A DNA stretch of 57,676 nucleotides, the filler included, from Sphacelaria rigidula (Eukaryota): NCBI GenBank assembly GCA_964200075.2. It is 5 parts of 5 records of this genome, joined end to end, with 100 filler letters (N's around TTAATTAATTAA, not from the genome) between each part and the next. Parts side by side here need not be neighbours in the genome. Positions count along the whole stretch, not along the records: positions 46,224 to 57,676 come from CAXNAA020004904.1; 4 more parts are not named here. One strand, written 5' to 3'. A program made the translations under genes and the position numbers. Under the pieces are notes generated by a model. The model saw only the letters and a program-made list of their open reading frames with translations, was not told the origin of the DNA and ran no database searches. Below, piece after piece: positions 47,227-57,676 of this stretch. The first letter of the stretch is position 1. Each line of letters begins with the position of its first letter.

Positions 47227-50200
47227 AAACTTCCGAAGGCAGTGTTCACGTGCGACGATGCGGCGGAAGCAGAAGACGGGCAACCGCACTGGGCCGAAAG
47301 CCCGGTGGACACGAAGGTTAGGCGTGCAAAAGGGGAGAAGTAAAGTAACACGTAGGTGCCGCCGGTACAGCATATCCGAACGATTTGAAGGGTAACGTTC
47401 GAGATTAACAGTAGCGAAGGCGATGGCGGTGCCGTAGTGGGGTGAAACGGTGTATGTGCACTGCACCCCAGGACAGCCGTTTTCTTATCTAGAAACCTCG
47501 CGGAAGATGTGTTGTTTGTACGGCAGGCTTCGCAAGTTCCCCCCTTATCCTCAAGAGATCAACCCTCTCTCCGGTACCAGCCTGGCAGTGTACTATCGAA
47601 CATAGGATTAAAGTTCGCACAGCCCACCGGTTTTTATCCACGTATTAGTGCCACGGACGCCGTCACGCTTTCGCTGACGGGAAACCAGATTCTCACTCGA
47701 AATGTCGTTACGATCATATATCCTTATCTACATTTCGGTGTTTACATCTATATATGTGCTGGTTGTACGGACCCACAAGTCTGTCAAAACTAGCCGTTGA
47801 TGTACCAGTTTGACCGCCGAAGTGGGGCGGTGTTGCTACTGGTTGTAGCTACCGATTCAACGCAGTATTGAAGTTTGCCTCTACACCGTTGCATGCCGTG
47901 AAAAATCCTAGGTCCTATCAATCTTCGAGGCTTGGAAGGCCGAGCACGGTGTGTCGTACCCGGATGCCGCCGAAGAATACCGTAGATTTACCATATTCGA
48001 AGAGAGTCTGCGTGCAGTCACGGCGCACAACACAAAAGTGGGCTTTGCGAAGAGCGCGGAGCTCCACGCGAAACGGGGCGATCCTGAGGAGGACATAAAT
48101 GCATTCGTCCTAGGATCTGACTACGCCCTCGGCCTTAACCGATTCTCCGACATGAGCTGGTGCGTCGGCGTCGCATATTTGTGCAAGTATGTTCAATCTA
48201 TTGCGATACCCAACAGCGTGTTTGACCCTCTCTCGGATGGGTAAAGGTATCCAGCGTGTAGATGTTTTGCTCGTTCAGAGTGGGTCTGTCGCTTGGGCTG
48301 GCTTCGCTCCCCGCGTATATAACTGATGTTATCATAGTCACAGCAATGCTGGGGTACGATCCCCAATGCCTTTGCTCCCTCTGTACTCATATTCTCCTCC
48401 ATGTTTCTCACGGCAAGCAAAATACGCTTGCCGACATTCCCAACAGCGGATCGGGGATCTCTTGGAAGAACATGTATCCACCCTCACTACCCCCCCACAC
48501 CCCACACCCGCCTCCAACCCGGCGCGAAAAATGGCATACCCCCTGGTCGTAATTGACCCAAACCTTCTTCCATTTCGAGACAGGGACGAGTTCCAGTCTA
48601 CTCGCCTAGGATTCTACGGCAGGCCTCTGGGCGAAGGCCAAAACTGCTCAGCCACTCATGTTGGGGGGCAGTACAAAGCGCTCGACCTGGCTGAGGGGCG
48701 CGATCCGCCTGCGACGCGTGACTGGCGAGATTTGGGTGCAGTTTCGGAAGTGAAAGACCAGGCTCACTGCGGCTCTTGCTGGACTTTTAGCACCACCGGA
48801 TGCCTGGAGTCCCACCACTACTTGCGGTACGAGCCTCTGTCGCTGTGTTTCGTCGGTAATTTCGTGTTGGGGGAAGAGGGGGTGGAGTTTTGCATACTTC
48901 GGACAGCTCATGAGCTATAATATTATAGCTCAAGTAACTAATCGAAGAGGACTGTTGGATCCCTTGTCTAGAAGCACAAATACGTGACTGCAGGGTCCGA
49001 GAAGCCAAAGCACTACCTTTGTGCTTCTCCGCGTGCTCGGCGTCCAGTGCTGCAGGGGAAAATTACGAGGAAAAAAGGCCCAAAAATGAGCTAACTCGTG
49101 ATCCGGATCAACACACCAACAAGAAATAATATTGAAGTAGTTCATGAGCTGTCCGACGTGTAGAGTTTCGTCACTAGTTGCAACGTCCATGTGGGAAAAA
49201 TACAGCCTTTGGACAGAATCGTGTCCTCACTGACCCCGCGCCCATGTTTCTCTCTGTGCAGATGTTTGATGTGTTTTGAGTCGATCTAACCGAGAGTGAA
49301 GCGATTTTTCGAGAAGCAATGAAGCGAAATTATCGACGAATATTTTAGTAGAGTGCTCCCCGTGACATGGTGAAATGGTGTCCGAGTTTTGGGGAATGTC
49401 GCGCCACAAAAATCCACCTTCTGTGCCTAACGACGCCACATCCCAGTGACGTATTGTAGTGGTTAGTTTCAATGGGCAGTCCAGCATATTCAGCAAAAAC
49501 GGAGCAAATTTTACCACGCAGCAACTATATCTGAATTACGGTCTGCCTTGTCAGTGCCATCCCCTTCACGAGCTCGCGTGCATATCTCTCGCCCCACCCT
49601 GCATAATTTCATTTGCCCCTTCCCCTCACTACTGACACGGATGTTTTCGCAGAACCGGCAAGATGGTGTTGCTTTCCGAGCAGCAACTCGTGGACTGCGC
49701 AATGAACTTCGACAACCATGGGTGCAGCGGTGGGCTCCCGTCGCATGCGTTCGAGTACATCGCGACGTCGGGCGGCCTGGACACCGAACAGGCGTACCCT
49801 TACATGGCTGAAGAGTCCGGGTCCTGCTCCTTCATCCAGGAAGGGGTCGGCGCGGACGTAATCCGATCGGTCAACATCACGTTCCAAGACGAGACCGAGC
49901 TGATGAACGCTGTGGGAAACACGGGACCAGTCAGTGTCGCATTCCAGGTGTTTACCCCCCGCCCGATAGTGTTCCTTTTATACTGCACAGCTCATGGGAT
50001 CGCGGGGGGAAATATGAGACTGCACTATATATAGCGTTAGGGATTCCGGCGTGAAGGAGCCCTGTACCAGGTATTCGAAGAAATGCGAGGCTGTTGCAAG
50101 AGTGTGGTAAATGGAGGAGAAATGTCGGGTCGCTGGGACCAAACTGATTTCTTTTGCGGAAATGAAGTATCCAACTTAGATTCAGGTCTACAGTTTTACT

Positions 50201-51552
50201 TGCGCTGGCGACGCCCACAGGCCGGACTCTCGTGTCGACCGAAACGTTTCTTCTGCTGAAGCTTTGCTTTGATTGAACGACATGAGATAGTTTCCGCAAA
50301 AAACGCAGTGGCTGACTTGTTAAGACCCAAGAGTTCCCTTCTCCGGCGTTACTACTGTACAGCGTGTAAGCTGTAAAAAGAAGTGGAGAGTGGGGGTGCA
50401 CACATTGGCGGCACATGATGTTTTCTTCTTCCCGGCACCCCTTTCTGATTTTCCCGTGGACTTTTGTATCTTTTTTGGGAACAGGTAGCATCGGACTTCA
50501 AGGCTTACGCTGGGGGCGTATACGATAACCCGGGGTGCTCTACTAGCCCGGAACAGGTGAGGGTATTGCGATGACGGTGAGCACAGCTACATCCAAGGCG
50601 TGCTGCTAGTATCGTCTCTCGGGAAGATGGTAACACCTGGTACATCGGACTATTCCACCCTATGTATGCACGTATGCGTGTAGATGTGTTGGCTACCAGA
50701 GGTTGTTGACGCTGGCAACAAGGGGGTCCCGTCTTGACACTGTGTTGGTTTTTACAACCCTAGAAATACTGTTTGATCCTTTGAGATTATGTGGCAATGC
50801 GGCGGTCCCTGTCCCGGTGGCCTCGCGTGCTCATGTCAGGTTCTCAGGACATCATAGCTTTTTATGAGAAGAGGACACATATCATGGCTTGCGGCGTTCT
50901 AAGTGCCACGTCTTCTCTCTGACTCTACGCAACCATCGCACTGCTGTGTCGGCACGACTCTTCCTTACGGACGCGTGTCACCCTCCACCGTAATTTCATG
51001 TGAACACGATATCCCAGGTTAACCACGCGGTGTTGGCAGTCGGTTATGATACCACCCCTGACGGAGTGGACTACTGGATCATCAAGAACTCATGGGGCGC
51101 TGAGTGAGTAAAAATGCGTCTCGCGTATCGATTGAAGTTAAAGGCATCGTATCATAGCTTCTCGTACAGGCCCCTCGTTTCTGCTTTGCGGACGCAAATG
51201 GTCTCGCTTCTGACCCCAAACCTGAGGAAGTACCTGAGAAACTTCGTGTCTGATGCAGACTTTCACAAGAAGGGTGAATCTGGTGATTGAGCTTGTTTCG
51301 AAGGAATATTTGAAACTTGACAAAAGATCTAGAAATCGATGCGTGAGTTTTTCCGCGACGCGTTCTGCCGCTCACGGTAAGCTGCAGGCCGTTTTGATTT
51401 TCCTTCATTTAAAACGGCATGCCGCTGGTACTCTGTGCTTTCCGTACAATTGAACCACACGCAGGTGGGGTATTGACGGCTACTTCCACATGGTGCGCGG
51501 CAAGAACATGTGCGGTGTCGCTGATTGTGCGTCCTTCCCTCTCGTGCCTTGA
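47227..51552 (+). CDS. CTSH: Cathepsin H-like papain-family (C1A) cysteine protease with I29 propeptide; probably 5'-incomplete
   Basis: Exons 47227-47316 (N-terminal extension, less certain), 47912-48159, 48584-48826, 49653-49947, 50485-50556, 51018-51103 and 51465-51552, all GT-AG with matching phases. Motifs: I29 [20 protein letters not shown] and GLNRFSD; mini-chain [18 protein letters not shown] (catalytic Cys); [10 protein letters not shown] (His); YWIIKNSWG (Asn); C-terminus [17 protein letters not shown]. Confidence 0.93.
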
Positions 51553-52537
51553 GAGAGGGCACACGCTACTGCCGGATAGATTTGGTCGATCTCTCCAAGT
51601 ATGCCTGGCGAAAAGACCGTCTCGCCAAAAACTGGGGTGGACGTTGTGCAGGGAGATGATCGGGTCGTCCGGATAGCGATTGCCGCGCACAGCTGTTTAT
51701 TGGTTTGCTTGTGTGCGGGTGTAAATAAGTACATGTGTATCGTACCCGTGGCATATTGATGGTTGCCATGTTACTCTTGCCACCGTTCGGAAAGTGGTTG
51801 TTTCCGTCGGGCCGTTTTCACGCTGAACACGTTGTTTACGTGTGTTCTCGTAGATGTGGCATATCAACTGGGGCAATCAATCGTGATCTAATCGATCGTG
51901 ATCCCAGCCACCAGAAAATTCGTGTAAATGAGAGATCGTGTTGTATGATGGCGTAGTGGGGAATCAAGGGGGTTTCGGAGGTGGGATCGAGGTGGACCTG
52001 CACAACACTCATCGTTGTTTCGTCGAGAGCGCTACACGAGTGCGCAACAACGAAGATGAGCATTATAACCACGACGCGCATCGAGGCATTTCCATAGAAC
52101 CATGGGTGAGTGAGTGGCTACGTCGCGACTCAGCATGAAGAAGTGGCCCACACGTGGAGTGTTGCTGCGCGCGCAAATATATGGTCACATTAAGGGGTGG
52201 GTTCGCGGTGGTGTCCGTTCAAGGAGAAGTCTCGTTCCTCACATACTCGAATTTCCCGGCCCTGCAACGATGAGAATGGCCTCGTCAGACCAAATATGAT
52301 GGCATATAGCGCACACCCTCTTACACTTGTAACCTGGTATGCCTAGAAAAGGACTCACCATATTGTTTGGAAGATTCCCCCGCTGAACGTGCACTTGAGC
52401 CCCGCTGGATGGCCCATACGTGAACATATCCATTGCGAGGGGTATTTTACACTATATTAGCAGTCACTCGTTTGTCAGGCGGCGTTGATGTGAACGTGAC
52501 AGGAACAAAATTGCTTCGACCTGTTTGAAACGCCTGG

Positions 52538-52841
52538 AACAATGCTTTCGTGAGACTGAGAGTCGTGAAGGATCCGATTGAGGGATTGAGAAGCAGTCAA
52601 CTACTGAATTAACGGTTTCAGTTCCGAAATGCCCCTCCACAAGGCCCGATATGTTTTCTGTAGTAGCTTGCCACTGAAGCCCTCGATATCCCTGAGTAGG
52701 ATATCGACGTGTAGCTGTAGCACACGCCAGTGTTTACAGGCAAAGAAAAGCACCCAGAGAATGAAGAACTGGTCATGTTCAAGCGAATGATGAAATTCAC
52801 TCTCAGTCAACGCTCTACTCTAATCTCACGAAAACGTTGTT
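52538..52841. mobile_element. TIR MITE between the cathepsin and NNT genes
   Basis: AACAATGCTTTCGTGAGA.T.GAG / CTCTAATCTCACGAAAACGTTGTT; related ends at ~34845-34865 and ~34980-35005 on another contig. Confidence 0.6.
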
Positions 52842-54716
52842 CTGGGCGCGGTTGGCGAAACTCGAATTCTGGCACCTGGGTGCCGTCGACTGGTTAAACG
52901 AGGTAGATACTGTCGCAAGGCAGTGGCTCCGTCATCAAGCTACATACAACCCGGATACCCTGATTCTCCATGTGTCCGTTCCGAGAACCTTGCTTTATTG
53001 GTGAGGTTTGTTGAGTACCATGTTACTTTACCGTCTTGGCTGTGACCAAAAGCGCAGACAAGTCAAGTTCATTTTGTTGTGGCACACCCATGAACGCTTC
53101 CTGGGCGGGTTACAGATATAAGATCAAGCTGCCTATCTTACGGGTTCATAGCAGAGAGGGGTACACCTGTCGCCGTTGAGCGACGTCTTGGCGCTGCTCA
53201 CTGAAGCTAAACAGAGCAAGTGTTGCACACGAAACACCCACGCTAAACACTTACTACCATGATTCAGGTAGGGAACAGGGAGCGAACACGATGACATCAG
53301 CAGTAACAACAATAACAAGAACAGACTCTTTCCATGCACAAGTACTGATTGGATACATTTCGCGGTGAGATAGTAGACTTTTACCGGCAACGCTCGTACC
53401 GAGCTCTTCTATGGTAGTCACATATAAAGCGGGGGTACGAACATCATCGGTAAAAGCCTGGGTGATATCTTTGACAGCATGAAGATCCTAGGATCTTAAC
53501 GGCAAAATGGAACATGGCATTCAAAATGGTATCTTAAATAACGACATTTTTGTGCAGACACTGTATGTGTTTCTCAGATTCAACATCAGTCAACTTCCAA
53601 GTACACCTGCAGACTGCTAGGGCGCACGGCCGAGTTTATCCGCGCTTCCTGTGCTAATAGCACAGTGCTACTGGGTGAAGCTCCAGGTGAACATCTCCCT
53701 AATGTTGTATTTTCCATAACGATTCCTAGTGATGATTATCGTGGGAAGATAGCATGCTCTCCCAGCCTTGTTCATCAATCATTCATGATGAACAGCACCC
53801 GTGTATGATCATGAGCCACTTTCACGGTATGCAGCAACTCGTGTCTTGACCCAGCACGCTGTAGAGCTTCATTCCGAGTCCACTGCTGAGCCTACCCGAC
53901 ATCCTGTGACATTTTCTATGGTGGTTCATCAATCTCTGTGTTATTGTGTGTTTCAAAAAAAGGAAAGCAGTTCATGCGTTGCGAACTAAGTCGTCAGATG
54001 TATCACAACAGTTCGAAGCGACATGCAGTACTTCGTATTCGACCGAACTGTCTGTGTTGTTCTCGCGCTGTTGCACCGCACTACCCGTTCATACCATCGT
54101 TTTCGTCCTCGCCATGTAGATAATTGGCTCGTTGAGCGCGTTCCGCGTCCCACTGCCCGTACTCGACGCATCCAAATCGAGTGTACACTGGGTGTGGCTT
54201 GCCGCTCTGCTTGTAATCCCGAAACCGCCGCTCGACCTTCGTTTGTCCCCCAGAAAAGCGTTTGATGTGTTGTATTTCATGTAGGCGCACAAGGTATCCT
54301 CCGCAGCCATGTTACTGCTGAATACAATACTTCAGTTTATCCAGAGCGTGCAACGACCACATTTCGGGATAGTAAACAGACGGTTGCTCCCCCGAATCAG
54401 TCCAAGGTTCATCATGTACGTGTGAGGCTTGTCTCGTGAGTCGGAGAAGTCACATCGCTTCCGTGCGTAGTGGTATAGTCTAGTAAAACAGTCTCCGACG
54501 TACCTACTGTTTCCCCCACTTTCCTCCCCCTACATCGTGCAGCCCGAAACATATCCTACAGCGGTCGAGACACTTCGGACCTCGAGCAGTAGCACAAGCA
54601 AGGTACCCCGGCACCCAGGCACTTCCTTCCTCTACCCCGTTGAGGCGTTTGGAGCACACCGACTGTTGGTCGGTTATTTAAGTTCCAGTAGCAGCAGTGG
54701 TGTCGTGTTTCACAAA

Positions 54717-57448
54717 ATGCTCAGGGGTCTTGTAAGAGGCCACGCTAGGGGCTTGTCCCTCCTTGGCGCCCGAGCACCAGCAACGTCGTCGCTACGCTAC
54801 AATCACGTTGGTCGGCGTTCGAGCCCCGCTGCTGTCCTTGGCAGGAGAAGTGCCCTACAGCAACGACGCTATGAAAGCGGTGCCCCGGCTGCCGCAGATG
54901 TACCCAAGGCTGCGACTGCGGTGAGTTGTGTATGGGCAGCTTTAAAGTACACCGAGTCAAGTACACTGTGCCAAGGTCAGCGCGTGTATGCGCCGAGTAT
55001 TCATTACATATTTGGTTGGTGCATTGATTGCCGCACATAACCTGATTCGCTACGAATTCAGCCGTGATCACAAGATTGGTGTACGATCCATTTGCACAGA
55101 TACGCCCCGTCTGTTTGAGATTGCGGTCGTCGGTTCGACGCGTGGGGAATAACTCGGCAACAGGGTGGCGAGATTATTGGTGATTCTCAACGGAAGTGCC
55201 AGTGAGTCGTCCTTGAATTACTGGTCGAAATCTACCGAAACATACACTATAATAGTGTGCACTTCGTCCGTGTCTGCATAAACTCTCCGCAACGACCCCA
55301 CTGCAGCCAATTTTGTACAGCGAGATGAGCATCGGAGTGCCGAAGGAGGTAGAGCCTCGCGAGAAGAGGGTGGCACAGACACCAGATACAGTTGGAAAGT
55401 TGGCCAAGCTGGGTATCACCGTGAATGTAGAAGCGGGAGCGGGGGAGGCATCCAAGTGCTCGGATGAGCGGTATGCGGCGGCCGGGGCCAAGATTGTTGA
55501 TAGGGATGCGGTAAGATCTTGTTGTTTCCTGCGTGATACAAGCTTCCTGAAACGGGAAAACAAGGGGGAGACTCCGTGTGATATTACCATGCATGTACAA
55601 CAAGCAGTTGAAGCTTCACTGTTCCGTTAATCTGTCTTAGAGTTACGATCAATACTTGTTGCGGTACACACTCATCTTGCAACAGTACGTCTTAATGCGA
55701 CTACCTCCCTACCGTTTTTTCGCCGTTTCCGACCAATCCTCCCCCTTCCCCTGCATGCCCCTGCCCTTGATGTGCACACATGACCCGCTCCTACGAAGGT
55801 TTGGAAATCCGATCTGGTTATCAAGGTCAACCCTCCCACAGAGGAAGAGGCCAAGATGCTCGGCTCAAGGGCGATAATGTCGCTTTTCGCGCCCGCCCAG
55901 AACAAGCCGCTGCTGGAGCAGATGGCCAAGCAGGGCGCAACAGTGCTGGCTATGGACCAATTGCCGCGGACGCTGAGCCGGGGACAGGTGAACAACGCGA
56001 AGATGGGCCAGGAGGGAGGGGGGGCGTACTCATTTGTTGCTTGCCTTAGTCGTTTGACCATTGACCACGCATCCCTTTCGAGACGGAGCACACAGGGGGA
56101 AGGGGGGGAAGGGATTATCATGCGCTGCGCACTTGTCCGTCTGTCTTGTTAGTGTTTATGCTTATATTCGTTTGGTCTTATTTTTCGTCTGCTTCGTTAA
56201 TTGGCTAGTCCAGGAAGAGTGACACATGCTATTTTCGGGGCCAAGGGAAGCTACGGGGAATGGGGACCGAGCCAAGTTCCCATGGACGCATGGCCATCCG
56301 TGGCCACCGGACATAGCAGCTGTCCTCCCTTAGGGCCGAGCGTACTGCCATGTCGTGGCAGTACCGTCCGCCACCATAGCTAACAGCCAAGCGTGGTTTG
56401 CAACAAGGGATATTAGCACTCGGATATATAAATTTCGATTGTCGTGCCCCCGCCCCCCGCCCCAACGCGTCTTTATCTGACGTGCCCCTTGCCGCTGCCG
56501 TCCGTCCATATGCGCCCTTGTGTTATTCGTGCTGGGCAGTCATTCGATGTACTGAGCTCACAAGCCAACATTGCGGGCTACCGTGCTGTCCTTGAGGCCG
56601 CTCATCACTTCGACCGTTTCTTCGCCGGCCAGACAACAGCGGCCGGTCGTATCCCACCCGCAAAGGTGACTAGGGAACAGCATTTATGCAATGGAGGAAA
56701 AAAAACATCGCGGGGGAGGTTTCTAATGTTCGTGTTCAATGGTAGGTCACAGAGAAACGTAAATAGACTGGACCCGCAGCGACCCGATATATGGTGCTGT
56801 GTGCACCAAGAGTGTCGTAGACTTCTATTATCATTTACCTCTATGGTGTGGGCTGAGTGGGCGGTGAACCCTCGATCTAGGTACTGATGCCGCCCAGTTG
56901 TACTTTCGCTGCAAAATGACGGGGGGCGCTGCGCTGGGTCGCCCTCTGTAGGATACATGTGCTGTCAGGGCTCAGCATAGTTCCAAAGTGAGGGAAGTGC
57001 GTTATATGGGCGATTCGTTCGCTCGAACAATCGTTCGTTCCGTGGAGGTAGACAGACCGGGTTTTTGTATATAATGTACAATCCCGTGACAGCTACTACA
57101 GCGCCCAGACCTACACTTCTTCAAATGGGATGAAAATCAGCGACGTTGATGTCGTGAAGCACTTGCAGGTATTTGTGATGCACTCGGATACCCAGCCCCC
57201 CATACCTGTGCATCCTCCGTTTCTTTTGCCATAGTACCCAGCAACGCTTTGCACCAGACTGTACAGTGCACTTATACTCTTTCTCGTGCTGTATGCAGGT
57301 GCTTGTTCTCGGAGGCGGCGTCGCCGGGCTCGCAGCAGTGCAGGCCGCCAAGAACATGGGCGCGATCGTCAAGGCGTTCGATGTCAGGCCGGCCGTGAAG
57401 GAGCAGATTGAGTCGCTCGGCGGGGAATTTCTCGAAGTCGATCTCGCA
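54717..57448 (+). CDS. NNT: Mitochondrial proton-translocating NAD(P) transhydrogenase, N-terminal NAD(H)-binding domain dI; first five exons, 3'-incomplete
   Basis: Exons 54717-54920 (Arg/Ser/Ala-rich transit peptide), 55307-55510 ([18 protein letters not shown]), 55799-55987 ([13 protein letters not shown]), 56540-56665 ([20 protein letters not shown]...[13 protein letters not shown]) and 57299-57448 ([11 protein letters not shown]ossmann motif, [19 protein letters not shown]). All junctions are phase 0, GT-AG. Confidence 0.95.
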
Positions 57449-57676
57449 GTAAGCAACCGGCTGTGGGGGCGACAATAGAATTAGGGGTCACACGGGGTCA
57501 AGGAGGAGGCTGGGGGCGTACTCACTTGTTGCCTTAGTCGTGTGACCATCGACCACGCACCCCTTGCGAGACCGAGCATGGCGGGCGGGGGGGGGGGGGG
57601 GGGGGGGATTCGTTGGTGGTTTGGTTCTTGAATCTTGTCTATTCTGAGGCCTGCCCTGTGGAGGAGGGGGGTGCGG

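Noticed and set aside
43929..47227. Apparent divergent TPR/cathepsin gene pair
   Set aside because: The genes are on different contigs separated by an artificial linker, and both lack their 5' ends.

Overview
Eukaryotic nuclear DNA, most likely a brown alga or another stramenopile; this is inferred from gene content, long TE-rich GT-AG introns and TTAGGG-type hexamers. The window is not one locus. It is five contigs (1-11458, 11559-23015, 23116-34570, 34671-46123, 46224-57676; 11458, 11457, 11455, 11453 and 11453 bp) joined by identical 100-bp N44-TTAATTAATTAA-N44 linkers in descending size order, so adjacency across gaps carries no meaning. Spliced genes rebuilt by hand: the first exon of an ABCC/MRP-type transporter; a large low-complexity hypothetical protein; a half-MFS-like membrane domain fused to a CRAL-TRIO (Sec14) domain; the last five exons of a YDEPWGWM-type TPR protein; a cathepsin H-like C1A protease with an N-terminal extension; and the first five exons of mitochondrial NAD(P) transhydrogenase. 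The rest is mostly non-autonomous DNA transposons (hAT-, piggyBac- and mariner-like MITEs), tRNA-derived SINE-like elements, a duplicated 2.7-3.6 kb repeat block and a decayed multi-exon ORF. No CRISPR array, rRNA or intact tRNA was found. The best leads are the half-MFS/Sec14 fusion, a MITE family carrying telomere-like hexamers, a young template-switch inverted duplication and the unidentified short-intron pseudogene. None is demonstrated to be a new system.
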